This document shows, one piece after another, positions 44,922-54,665 of a stretch of 64,000 bases of DNA. The notes beneath the pieces were generated by a model, which was not told the origin of the DNA, made no database searches, and was given only the letters and a program-made list of their open reading frames with translations. The translations under genes and the position numbers were made by a program. Source of the DNA: Promethearchaeota archaeon (GTDB lineage Archaea; Asgardarchaeota; Lokiarchaeia; Sigyniarchaeales; SOKP01); NCBI GenBank assembly GCA_048941265.1, contig JBHLNT010000008.1, positions 1,260-65,259 of the forward strand, in the 5' to 3' direction. Positions within the stretch are counted from its first letter, which is position 1; every line of letters starts with the position of its first letter.

Positions 44922-46090
44922 ATGACGAATAAGGAGATTGAAAGTCGATATGGACTCATTGGCGATGAATTAGACCTTAAAGAAAATGTATCTTTAATTA
45001 TCAATGAAGATGGAAAAATTCTAAAAGTGCGATATGACAACCCTAAAAAGAATATTGAAATTGGAACCGATAAACATAATTTATTAATGATGCCTGGTTT
45101 CATAAACTCCCATACCCATATTGTTGATAGTTTTGCTAAAGAAATGGGATTTAATAAAGATCTAATGGAAGTTGTTGCGCCTCCGAATGGATTGAAGCAT
45201 AAATTATTAAAGAACACGTCAAGAGAAATAAAGTCAATCGGTATAAAAAATGCAATTTCAGAAATGCTGACAAATGGTATAACTTTTTTTGTTGATTTTC
45301 GAGAAAGAGATATTGAGGGTATTCAATTTTTAAAAGATTCATTGAAAGGTTTACCTTTAAATTATATAATTTTAGGACGCTTTACCGACGCCAAAGAAAT
45401 CGAAGAGATTTTCAAAGAGGGCGATGGAATTGGTTTATCTAGCTATAATGATTTATCTATTTATATTAAAGAGAGGCTAAAGTATTTTAAAAATATATTC
45501 AAGAAACCAATTGCTTGTCATGATGCCGAAGTCGAAAGAGATAAAGCATTATTTGAGGAGATTATAAATGATGATTTAATAGATATTATTGTCCATGGAA
45601 CTCATTACACAAAAGAAGATTTAGAATTAATAAAAAATAAAAAATATCACTAATCTTGTGTCCAAGAAGTAATGGATATTTTGGAGTTGGATTTCCTCCC
45701 ATAACAGAAATTATAAGATTACAGATTCCTATAAGTTTAGGAACAGATAATATTATGATAAATAATACCGATTTATTTGAAGAATTACGCTACACATATC
45801 GAATTTTAAGAGTTTTAGGGAGAAATGATGAAAATGTTAAATTAGATTCAAAAGAATTGTTAAAAATGATAACAATTAATGCTGCGAGAAATTTTAATTT
45901 AGAAAAAAATAGGGGATCAATTTCACAGGGAAAAGTAGCAGATTTATTATTAATAGATTTAAATGATCCAAATTTCTATTCATTTAAAGTTGATTCTAAT
46001 AATATATTCCCCTTAATAGTACAAAGAGCTAAATCTGAAAATATAAAAAGAGTTTATATAAGAGGAGAGCTTGTTTTTGAAAGAAGTTAA
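44922..46090 (+). pseudogene. amidohydrolase-superfamily protein (chlorohydrolase/deaminase-like) interrupted by a 1-nt frameshift in an A-run
   Basis: The two ORFs 44922..45653 and 45656..46090 lie in different frames. The first carries MPGFINSHTHIV (HxH). The second frame, read from 45641, gives KISLILCPRSN...LGTDN, which continues the family pattern. The shift falls in TAAAAAATAAAAAAT at 45631..45645. Confidence 0.75.
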
Positions 46091-46745
46091 AAGGCCTTAC
46101 ATAATAATGAGTTCTGCAATGACCATAGATGGTAAGATTGCCTCAAAAACGGGAGATCCGGAATTATCAGACGAATTCGATTGGCAAGAAGTTCATAAAT
46201 TAAGAACAAAAGTAGATGCTATTATGGTGGGAAAAGGAACTATTTTAAAAGACAATCCAAAACTTCATATTAAATACTTTAAACATAAGGGATATCAAAG
46301 AATTGTAGTTGACAGTACTTTGTCAATCCCAATAGATTCAAATGTAATTACTTTTCAGCCACAAAGATATCCAACAATAATTTGTACAACTGAAAATGTA
46401 ACCATGGATAAAATTAAAGAATTTGAATCAAGGAAGGTAAAAATAATAAAATCAGGAGCGGGTAAAAGGGTAGATGTGGTAAATATGTTATTATTTTTAT
46501 CAAATATGGGAATAAAGTCAATTTTATTAGAAGGTGGGGGCAATTTAAATTGGAGTTTTATAAAACATAATTTAATTGATGAGATGAGGATAACTATTGC
46601 TCCTTGGATTGTAGGTGGGAAAAACGCGACTAGTTTAGTTGAGGGAATAGGTTTTGATAAGATGGAGCAAGGTAGAAAATTCAAATTAGTTAAAGTTTAT
46701 AAAAGAGATAATTATGTGCATTTAATATATAAAAGGAGAACTTAA
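46071..46745 (+). CDS. 2,5-diamino-6-ribosylamino-4(3H)-pyrimidinone 5'-phosphate reductase (RibD C-terminal domain / archaeal ArfC type)
   Basis: PYIIMSSAMTIDGKIAS, VDAIMVGKGT and LLEGGGNLNWSF are present. The start is TTG 46071 or a downstream ATG. Confidence 0.8.
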   Translation: MFLKEVKRPYIIMSSAMTIDGKIASKTGDPELSDEFDWQEVHKLRTKVDAIMVGKGTILKDNPKLHIKYFKHKGYQRIVVDSTLSIPIDSNVITFQPQRYPTIICTTENVTMDKIKEFESRKVKIIKSGAGKRVDVVNMLLFLSNMGIKSILLEGGGNLNWSFIKHNLIDEMRITIAPWIVGGKNATSLVEGIGFDKMEQGRKFKLVKVYKRDNYVHLIYKRRT

Positions 46746-47869
46746 TGGTTAATCCTGACAAACTAGAACATTTAAAAAATTTATCAATTAACGATTTAAA
46801 AGCAAAAATAAAAGAAATAAAAGCTCAATTACCCCAAGAAAAGCGAAATGTAATAACTTATTCTAAGAATTTTACAATTTCTATATCAAATTATTGCCAG
46901 AATCAATGTGGATATTGTTTTTACAATTATAAAATTCCTAAAATCAATGGCAATGATAATATTATATTAATTAATAATGAAGATATTGTTGATTTAGTAC
47001 GAAAAGCCATTCAATATAATTGTAAAGAAGCATTATTAATGTCAGGAGAGAATCCTGAGAGCTTTCAAGAAGTCAAAACAGAGTTAGAAAATAGAGATTG
47101 CTATGATTTTACAGGATTTATTACTGATATTTGTACTTATCTATTAGATTTGAATCTTTTACCGCACACCAATTTAGGTGTTCTAACTTATGGCCAGTTA
47201 AAGCAATTAAAAAGATATACTGCTAGTATGGGATTAATGTTAGAAAGTACGAGTATGAAATTATTTGATAAGGGAGGAGTTCATGAATATTCTCCAGGAA
47301 AACAACCCGAAAAGAGAATCAGACATATTAAAGATGCTGGAAGGTTGAAAATTCCCTTCACAACAGGATTATTATTAGGAATAGGAGAATCGTTTGAAGA
47401 TAGAATTAAAGATCTCTATTTAATTAAAGATATACATAATCAATTTGGGCATATACAAGAAGTTATCATTCAAAATTTTGTATATAAGGAGGGAATACCG
47501 TATCATCCGAAAAAACCTATAACTATAGAAGAAATAGTTAAAATTGCAGGGATTGCTAAAATTATATTTGAAAATGAGATTCATATTCAAGTTCCGCCAA
47601 ACTTAATTGCTGGTTATGAAAAAGAGTTTCTTAATATAGGAATTGATGATTTTGGAGGAGTTTCGCCCTTAACAAAAGATTATATTAATCCCAATAAACC
47701 ATGGCCTCAAATAGAATATTTAAAAAAAATATGTGAAGTAAATGGTTACAAATTAAAAGAAAGATTTCCTATTTATGATAAATTTATCAATAAAACCAAA
47801 TTTATATCAAATAAAGTTAAGAAAATAATTGATAACATAATTATAAATGATAACAGAACAGATTTTTAA
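46745..47869 (+). CDS. cofG: radical SAM FO synthase subunit 1 (CofG type)
   Basis: It begins with a ITYSKNFTISISNYCQNQCGYC radical-SAM motif (CxxxCxxC) and has CofG-like length. AGGAG SD. It is paired with a CofH-like gene. Confidence 0.8.
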   Translation: MVNPDKLEHLKNLSINDLKAKIKEIKAQLPQEKRNVITYSKNFTISISNYCQNQCGYCFYNYKIPKINGNDNIILINNEDIVDLVRKAIQYNCKEALLMSGENPESFQEVKTELENRDCYDFTGFITDICTYLLDLNLLPHTNLGVLTYGQLKQLKRYTASMGLMLESTSMKLFDKGGVHEYSPGKQPEKRIRHIKDAGRLKIPFTTGLLLGIGESFEDRIKDLYLIKDIHNQFGHIQEVIIQNFVYKEGIPYHPKKPITIEEIVKIAGIAKIIFENEIHIQVPPNLIAGYEKEFLNIGIDDFGGVSPLTKDYINPNKPWPQIEYLKKICEVNGYKLKERFPIYDKFINKTKFISNKVKKIIDNIIINDNRTDF

Positions 47870-48977
47870 TGGAATAAAACTTGAAATAAAGAAGATATTA
47901 AAGAAAGCGCTAAATTCAAAAGAGATCACAGCTGAAGAGGCATTAGAATTATTAAAAGTAACCGGTAAAGAGTTCTTGGCATTACAATATGCAGCAAATC
48001 AAATCTGTTTCGATAAGAAAGAAGATATCGTTACATTTGTAATAAATAGAAATATCAATTTTACGAATATCTGTTATCAAAAATGTAAATTTTGTTCCTT
48101 TAGCTTACCCAGAGAACATGAAGATGCTTTCTTGCTAACTATCGATGAGATAAGAAGTAGAGTTATAGAAGCTAAAGATGCTGGGTGTTCTGAAATATGT
48201 ATTCAAGGGGGAATTAATCCCGAATTAACTTTTGACTACTATTTAGATATTTTGAAGGCTGTTAAGAATGTTGATTCACGTATTCATACTCATGCTTTTT
48301 CTCCTCAAGAAATATATTATATGTCAAAACTCCACGATGATTCAATAGAAAATACTTTAAAAGAGCTTAAGCACGCGGGTTTAGATTCGATACCTGGTAC
48401 CGCTGCAGAAATTTTAGTCGATGAGGTTAGAAAAATTGTATGTCCAAATAAGATTAAGACTGACCAATGGATCGATATTATAACACTGGCTCATAAGATT
48501 GGAATTCCAACCACTTCAACCATAATGTATGGACATATTGAAGATATAAAAGATAGAATTGCACATTTAGAAGTTTTAAGAAATATTCAAAGAAAAACAC
48601 ATGGTTTTACCGAATTTGTTCCTTTACCATTTATCAAAGAAAATCCAGTTTTATCAAGATTAGAGAATAATCCCTTGAAACCAAGTTATGGAATGGCTGA
48701 TTTAAAACTATTTTGTGTAGCGAGAATATTTTTTAATAATTATATTGATAATGTTCAATGCTCTTGGGTAAAATTAGGGCCAAAATTTGCTCAAGTTTCT
48801 TTGAACTATGGCGTAAACGATTTTTCGGGTACACTAATGGAAGAAAACATTTCAAGAAGTGCCGGCGCTGAATATGGTCAATATTTATCCCCAAATGAAA
48901 TGATTGAGATTATTAAAGCAGCTGGAAAACGTCCTGTTCAAAGGGATACGTTATATAATATTTTGGAATATTACTAA
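47847..48977 (+). CDS. cofH: radical SAM FO synthase subunit 2 (CofH type; MqnC/MqnE homology cannot be excluded)
   Basis: NINFTNICYQKCKFCSF motif and a C-terminal VNDFSGTLMEENI. It overlaps the cofG end by 23 nt. Confidence 0.75.
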   Translation: MITEQIFNGIKLEIKKILKKALNSKEITAEEALELLKVTGKEFLALQYAANQICFDKKEDIVTFVINRNINFTNICYQKCKFCSFSLPREHEDAFLLTIDEIRSRVIEAKDAGCSEICIQGGINPELTFDYYLDILKAVKNVDSRIHTHAFSPQEIYYMSKLHDDSIENTLKELKHAGLDSIPGTAAEILVDEVRKIVCPNKIKTDQWIDIITLAHKIGIPTTSTIMYGHIEDIKDRIAHLEVLRNIQRKTHGFTEFVPLPFIKENPVLSRLENNPLKPSYGMADLKLFCVARIFFNNYIDNVQCSWVKLGPKFAQVSLNYGVNDFSGTLMEENISRSAGAEYGQYLSPNEMIEIIKAAGKRPVQRDTLYNILEYY

Positions 48978-49057
48978 ATAAAATCTTCACCATATCCATA
49001 GTTTTAATTTTTATAATTCGTTAAAATTTACATCAACAAAAAAAAGAGTTTGATTTT

Positions 49058-49351
49058 ATGACTATCACTATAATTGCTGCAATTAAAGTAAAAGAAGGTA
49101 AAATGGAAGAAGCAATACAAGTTTTAAAAGAAGTTGTGCCAAAAATTAAAGCATCCGAGCCCGGATGTTTAGAATATATCCCTCATACTGTAAAAGGGAC
49201 CAAAGAAAAGAATACTATTTTGTTTTACGAAAAATATGCAGATGATAAGGCGCTAAAAGAACATATGGCAAATTTAGGAAAAAATATGGCAAAATTAGGA
49301 CCACTTTTAGAACCAGGAATGGATATGAAAACCTGTGTTGAAATCTTATAA
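49058..49351 (+). CDS. ABM/Dabb-type ferredoxin-like small protein (antibiotic-biosynthesis-monooxygenase fold)
   Basis: 97 aa with the pattern I.AAIKVKEG......L.E.V...R..EPGCL.Y........N....FEKY.D..A...H. Confidence 0.65.
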   Translation: MTITIIAAIKVKEGKMEEAIQVLKEVVPKIKASEPGCLEYIPHTVKGTKEKNTILFYEKYADDKALKEHMANLGKNMAKLGPLLEPGMDMKTCVEIL

Positions 49352-49438
49352 CATAACAATTTTTACTTCATTTTTTTTTAAATCATAATAACATTTATTA
49401 GACCTTTTATCATTATTTAATTCTAAAAGGTGACATCC

Positions 49439-49732
49439 TTGCAAGTTATTCAAATCGCTACTTTTAAAGTAAAAGAAGGAATGTTGGAAGAAGCTATTGA
49501 AGCTTTAAAGGAAATAGTTCCTAAAGTAAGAGAAACTGATCCAGGCTGTTTATATTATGCTGCTCATACAGTTAAAGGTCGAAAAAATAAAAATACAATA
49601 ATATTTTTTGAAAAATATAAAGATGAAGAAGCTGTTAAAGAGCATAATAACAATGTTGGTACAACATTAGCTAAATTACTCCCTCTCTGTGAACCGGGAG
49701 TAGATCTAAAAACGTGTTTTGAAATTATTTAA
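49439..49732 (+). CDS. ABM/Dabb-type small protein, tandem paralog of 49058..49351
   Basis: Clear similarity to the upstream paralog. AGGTGA at 49428..49433 places the likely start at TTG 49439, not the track GTG 49430, which lies inside the SD. Confidence 0.65.
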   Translation: MQVIQIATFKVKEGMLEEAIEALKEIVPKVRETDPGCLYYAAHTVKGRKNKNTIIFFEKYKDEEAVKEHNNNVGTTLAKLLPLCEPGVDLKTCFEII

Positions 49733-51178
49733 GATATCTCTTCTCTTTTTTTTCAATTTTAATTTTAACGATTTGTTCGCTTTCTTTTCTGGTTTCAAGA
49801 TTTCAATAGAGGGAATATATTTTTTCACATAATGAATGAATACCAAACATGGAATTACTATTGCAGCAATGATTAAAGAGAGTAACACATATAAATTAGA
49901 AAAAGATTCTGATTTTTTAGGTTTAAAATCGACTTTTCCGTTCCGGATTTCTATAGATTCAATCTCTTCCTTACTAAATTCCCTCAATACCCGAAGTATT
50001 GCAGAGATAGCATGCTGAGTATAATCGATCCGGATTAAATAGGCATCATCCACTACAAATCCTCTATGGAATCCTCCATACCCTCTAATAGGACGCCCTA
50101 ATTGTTTTTCTTTACGAAATTGAAGTGAAAGTACCCATTCTATCCCTGCTTTTAAAGCAGATTGATAATTATTAATTCTTTCAGTATCTTCTTCGGACTT
50201 TGCGATCCGTAAGGCATCTCCAATTCCTTCTAGATAAACCGCAGTATTGACTGTAGGACCGTTGATACAGCCATATATCGGATTCCCCAATTCGTCTAAT
50301 TCATCGCCTAAATATTGTCTTGTTATTTGAATATCGGTCATTTCAAAGCAAAAATCCCGGAATTCTTTATTATCAGTTAATCTATACCATTTAGCGCAAC
50401 CTGAAGATGCCCAAGGTATAAAAGCCGATTCGTCGTAATCATAATCGCTTGACCAGTAAAACTCAAGCGCATCCTCAATAGTTTTAAGATATTCTTTTTT
50501 TTCCAGCATATCGTACGCCATTGCAAGTGCAAAAAATGCCTCTCCGGAATAGTACAAATTTTCCTCTTTCTTTCCATATACCCCTGCAAATGCGCCGTCA
50601 TCCCGTTGTTGAGAAACTATGAAGTTGGCAAATTTTTCAACGTATATATTATATCTTTCATTACCAGTAGCTTGCCAATACTTCACCATTCCTAAAATTG
50701 CTAGAGAGACTGTTCCAACTTTCATTTTCGTGTTGTAATTAATCGCCCACTCATTCAAATTTATCTTGTAGGTAAATTCTAATAAGTATTCTAAACCTGC
50801 TAAACCTACAGATAAGTACTTTTCTTCTCCTAATTCTTTATATAAGTCTAAGATGGCATAAGTGGTACCGGCATGTCTCACTATATTATAATCTGAATCA
50901 TCATATACATCATTTTCAGCATCATAAATATATCGATATTTGCCATTACAACATTGTGAAAATTCAATATTATCTCCAGCATATCTTGCACATTCTTCAA
51001 CTTTACTATCTGCAATTCCCTCTTTATAATACTGAGGGGGTTCCCAGTTAGGATCTCCTTCCCAATCTTTAAAGCAATACGGTTGATAAAAGAATATCAA
51101 ATATCTAAGAAGTATTGCAACATTTGTAAATAGGATAAATATTATACAAACAAATATTATTTTCTTTTTTCTGCCCAT
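49706..51178 (-). CDS. membrane-anchored protein with alpha/alpha-toroid-like repeats (prenyltransferase/terpene-cyclase-like motif)
   Basis: It has an N-terminal TM, a C-terminal TM and a basic tail. SQQRDDGAFAG resembles the QxxDGGW repeat of alpha-alpha toroid enzymes. The function call is weak. Confidence 0.55.
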   Translation of the reverse strand: MGRKKKIIFVCIIFILFTNVAILLRYLIFFYQPYCFKDWEGDPNWEPPQYYKEGIADSKVEECARYAGDNIEFSQCCNGKYRYIYDAENDVYDDSDYNIVRHAGTTYAILDLYKELGEEKYLSVGLAGLEYLLEFTYKINLNEWAINYNTKMKVGTVSLAILGMVKYWQATGNERYNIYVEKFANFIVSQQRDDGAFAGVYGKKEENLYYSGEAFFALAMAYDMLEKKEYLKTIEDALEFYWSSDYDYDESAFIPWASSGCAKWYRLTDNKEFRDFCFEMTDIQITRQYLGDELDELGNPIYGCINGPTVNTAVYLEGIGDALRIAKSEEDTERINNYQSALKAGIEWVLSLQFRKEKQLGRPIRGYGGFHRGFVVDDAYLIRIDYTQHAISAILRVLREFSKEEIESIEIRNGKVDFKPKKSESFSNLYVLLSLIIAAIVIPCLVFIHYVKKYIPSIEILKPEKKANKSLKLKLKKKRRDILNNFKTRF

Positions 51179-51261
51179 TTAAGTATAATTTTATTTTCAA
51201 TTATAAAAATAGATTTAGTTATATAATATTAAGAAAAGGATATTTTCATATATTAAAGAAG

Positions 51262-52833
51262 TCACTCGTCTTGGATGTATGGTTTTCCGAAAAATAAACA
51301 ATTCTCTGCTTTACTCAATTCCCTTCCTAAATAATTAATATGATAATTATTATTCGATAACTTCATTTCGATAATTTTTTTACTAATAGCTTCCGCACTT
51401 CTGCCAATTATAGTATTTAGTAATTGATGGTCATTAGAAAAATGTAATACATAAATTTGTTCATCATATTGGCTTATATAAATTTTAAAATAGCCTTTCT
51501 CATCCGTTTCATAATTGGGATTTAGCTTATCAACTAATATTGCTTTTTTATCATCAATTAAGGGATTTTCTTGGCTGGTTTTGCCTTTAGCTTTAAAAAT
51601 ACTGGTACCCAGATTTATTGGAGGCGTCTTTCTGTTTTTTGCAATATAGTTCAATTTAACGCATTCCTTCAATTCGGCTACTCCTCTCATAAGCTTAGTA
51701 CTATGCTCCACAGTAAATAAAATGCCCATATCCAATTCAATAGCAATACTCGCTAAAAGTCCATTTATTCCAATAGAATCGATATCCATCAGTTCCACAA
51801 CATTTGAAATTCCAAAAAAAAGTGGTAATTCCATATTTTGGTATTTTGATTCTTTAATTTTCTTTTCGTATAGAAAATATGCTTCCAATGAATTACAAAT
51901 ACCCGGCGAAATAGGTGTTTCTAAAAGAGGATCTGCTATTAATTTTGTAAATCCTTTTTGCTGTAAATCTTTAGTCAGTTTAAACAAATTTTCAATGCGG
52001 GTATTAGGATCCTTTGGAAAATAGGTTTTTCTTATATTGGTGGGTAATATAACTATAGGTATATCTTTAGGTATGCTGAGAAACTCCATATAGTTCCCTA
52101 GATCTAAACTGAGAATCATATCAGTGCCAGCATCAATTGCTGCTAAAATCTCGTTAGATTCCATTGTATCTATACTAATTAATATGTCAAAATTCTTTCT
52201 TATCAGATCGATTATTTCTTTTATTCTTTCAGGGGATGGTTTGTTAGTTACACAACCTATATCAATGACATCTGCCCCGGAATCAATATAATGTTTCGTT
52301 TTTTTTAATATGCTTTTATTATCTTTATCCGTACAGTTAACAACCTCGGCAATAATTGGAGGTGGTAAATTTCTTCCAATTATTACATTAGACCTATTTT
52401 CATTAATATAAAATGTATGATGCCCCAAATTAGCTTTAGCTTTTTCTAATTGCTCTTCCACTATTTCTATATAGAGATTTTCACCAGATTTTTTGAATAT
52501 TCTATTAGCAGGGATTAAAGTTGATAGAGAGATATTTTCAATATTATTCAGAATCATAGGGAGGTCCGAAGCAAATTCGGGACCTTTTTTAATTGAAATA
52601 GAGAAATTTTCTTCCAATTTTGATGTATCCCATTGAACAAAACCTGGGAGTAATATTAAATCATAATCTGAGGGATGAATATCTTTCAAGATAGATTCAG
52701 TATTAGCCTCAGTTAAAAATGCAGAAACTGAAACAGGAGCCTTTTCAATACTAATTACATGACCTTTTATTCCACGTATTACCTTCTTAATAATTGGATA
52801 ACTACTTTCCCCAGTAATTATTAAAATTTTAAT
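51262..52833 (-). CDS. dihydropteroate-synthase-like pterin-binding protein with extra C-terminal domain (archaeal DHPS-related family)
   Basis: GADVIDIGC...ISIDT...AGTDMILSLD is a DHPS-like core. The track ORF starts at TTG 52689, but 48 further in-frame codons (IKILIITGESSYPIIKK...VSVSAFLTE..) look like the genuine N-terminus. They begin at ATT 52833, directly after an in-frame TAG. Confidence 0.75.
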   Translation of the reverse strand: MKILIITGESSYPIIKKVIRGIKGHVISIEKAPVSVSAFLTEANTESILKDIHPSDYDLILLPGFVQWDTSKLEENFSISIKKGPEFASDLPMILNNIENISLSTLIPANRIFKKSGENLYIEIVEEQLEKAKANLGHHTFYINENRSNVIIGRNLPPPIIAEVVNCTDKDNKSILKKTKHYIDSGADVIDIGCVTNKPSPERIKEIIDLIRKNFDILISIDTMESNEILAAIDAGTDMILSLDLGNYMEFLSIPKDIPIVILPTNIRKTYFPKDPNTRIENLFKLTKDLQQKGFTKLIADPLLETPISPGICNSLEAYFLYEKKIKESKYQNMELPLFFGISNVVELMDIDSIGINGLLASIAIELDMGILFTVEHSTKLMRGVAELKECVKLNYIAKNRKTPPINLGTSIFKAKGKTSQENPLIDDKKAILVDKLNPNYETDEKGYFKIYISQYDEQIYVLHFSNDHQLLNTIIGRSAEAISKKIIEMKLSNNNYHINYLGRELSKAENCLFFGKPYIQDE

Positions 52834-53920
52834 CTAAATCACTTATAAGTTTATCTTTATCAAATGGAATGTAAATATCATCTAAAATAGAGCCCGAGGC
52901 TTCTTGAATCCTTAAATTATTTATGATTGGTGCATACTCTCCGCCTAATAGACCATTTGCGATCATTGCTGCTCCTTGTGCAGCATGTTTTGCAATTTGA
53001 CTATATGATTTCATTAGCCTTACTGGCGCAACGTCTTTCAGACTTTTATTAATTCTTTCTCTTAAATAGACCAAATCAGCACCCCTCCCGGCTAATAATA
53101 TTTCTTTTATCTTATCTTTAGTTGAAAAAGAGGAGGAAATTCCAAAGACAGCTTTTTTAACACTTGATAAATATGCTTTTAGCGCAGTTTTAATTTGATC
53201 GTCTTTTTCTGCAAGTAATGTTATTTCTTTTAAACTTAAATCAGAATATCCGGCAATGGACGCCACTCCACCCTTATAAATATTTTTTTTTTTAATAATC
53301 TTAATTAAATAAGCCAATTCTCCATCTAGACTTCCACATGCCCTGAATCCCATGATATTGGAACCTCCTATCCCGTCAACTATTTGTCCATTTTCAATAG
53401 CTAATACTGCGGTAAAACCATATCCGATTTCAACCATGATAAAATTAATTTTTTCAGGGGATAGTTGAAGTTTTTCCATTTGATCCCTTATACCAGTTAC
53501 AGCCGTACATAATTTATCTGCCGTTCCCATATCTATTTTATTTATTTTCCGATATCGCGGAATAGTTGGCAAATGTTTAACCCCGGGGACCATTATTGCT
53601 GGAATTTTGTCGGCTTTAATCAATCTTAAGATTTCTCCTAATCCGATAAGTTTATCTTTTTCTTTCTGTTCGAATTTTAATAAAGTATAGAAAATATCTC
53701 GTTCATTCAAATCTTTTACATTTTTTAAAGGTAGTCCAAATCCACTAGGAGCTACTATTAAATCAATATCTTTAACCGATTTTATAATGGTTATGGCTTT
53801 TTGCGGTGCTTGAATTAATTCTTTTGTTGGTATTGAAGTATCTAATATTATTTTATTATCATCTAAGCCAAAAAAGTCCCATGATTTGCTTCCTGGATCA
53901 ATTCCGATTACTCTAACCAA
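52829..53920 (-). CDS. ASKHA-fold (actin/Hsp70/sugar-kinase superfamily) protein, DUF1464-like
   Basis: An N-terminal phosphate-1 motif VIGIDPGSKS is followed by GTADK and EIGYGFTA. TTG start. Confidence 0.55.
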   Translation of the reverse strand: MVRVIGIDPGSKSWDFFGLDDNKIILDTSIPTKELIQAPQKAITIIKSVKDIDLIVAPSGFGLPLKNVKDLNERDIFYTLLKFEQKEKDKLIGLGEILRLIKADKIPAIMVPGVKHLPTIPRYRKINKIDMGTADKLCTAVTGIRDQMEKLQLSPEKINFIMVEIGYGFTAVLAIENGQIVDGIGGSNIMGFRACGSLDGELAYLIKIIKKKNIYKGGVASIAGYSDLSLKEITLLAEKDDQIKTALKAYLSSVKKAVFGISSSFSTKDKIKEILLAGRGADLVYLRERINKSLKDVAPVRLMKSYSQIAKHAAQGAAMIANGLLGGEYAPIINNLRIQEASGSILDDIYIPFDKDKLISDLD

Positions 53921-54134
53921 TAGGAATCAAAAAAATTTTTAAATATTTTAAAGAGTCTATTAATTGATTTTATTATTTATTTTTTAAAACAATTGCTTTT
54001 TCAAAACTAATTAAAAAACTTTTAGAAATTAAGTCGAAGGTATAAAAAATCTTATGAATTTTCTAATCATAAGTAAAAAATATACTAATTCAATGAAGTA
54101 AAAAATAATTAAATATACATTTAAGGTGAAAAAT

Positions 54135-54665
54135 ATGGCATTAGGAGTATGGGTTTGTAAAATCTGTGGTGAAGCTTACATCGGCAATGGGAAACCAAGC
54201 AGATGTCCGTTCTGCGGGGCATATGACAAATATATCGTTGATTCAAAAAAATATGATGATACTGGTGCTTGGGACGTTGATTTAAATGACGTTGATAAGG
54301 CAAATGTTGAAAAAGCGTTAGGCGTTGAGATATCAAATAATCTCTTTTACAAGTGTGCTTCGAAAAAAGTAAAAGAACTTGATGGACAAAAACTTTTTAA
54401 GATCCTTGCAAAAGTTGAGGGGGAACACGCCTCGGTTTGGAAAAAAATCCTAAAATTAGATGAGATAAAGTGGGAACCTCCTGAATCATGCGTGGACGAT
54501 TACAAAGCTGACCTAGAAGATTCACACTCAAGAGAGGAAAGAGCAATAAAATTTTACGGCGAAGCTGCCAAAGCTGCTAAAAATGATAGAGTAAAGGAAA
54601 TTTTTAAAGCATTCGTAGAAGTGGAAACAGATCACCTCAAGCTTTCAGAAGCAAGGCTTAAATAG
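54135..54665 (+). CDS. reverse rubrerythrin-like protein (N-terminal rubredoxin-type zinc ribbon plus ferritin-like di-iron domain)
   Basis: CKICGEAY...CPFCGA is followed by the ExxH pairs EGEH and ETDH. AGGTGA lies 5 nt before ATG 54135; the track GTG 54126 lies inside the SD. Confidence 0.8.
   Translation: MALGVWVCKICGEAYIGNGKPSRCPFCGAYDKYIVDSKKYDDTGAWDVDLNDVDKANVEKALGVEISNNLFYKCASKKVKELDGQKLFKILAKVEGEHASVWKKILKLDEIKWEPPESCVDDYKADLEDSHSREERAIKFYGEAAKAAKNDRVKEIFKAFVEVETDHLKLSEARLK

Noticed and set aside
44861-45217. 118-aa minus-strand ORF overlapping the start of the amidohydrolase gene. Related cases are 45151..45342, 46355..46684, 43948..44208, 41553..41783, 42246..42428, 42797..43018 and 43238..43432.
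   Set aside because: They are shadow ORFs opposite genes with recognisable families. The hydrophobic or low-complexity translations reflect codon bias, not coding.
52829-53920. Possible actin homolog (lokiactin-like), given the Asgard-like context and ASKHA phosphate-1 motif.
   Set aside because: The motif spacing and sequence (VIGIDPGSKS, no DNGSG, no actin-type hinge or DNase-loop regions) fit DUF1464/kinase-like ASKHA proteins rather than actins.
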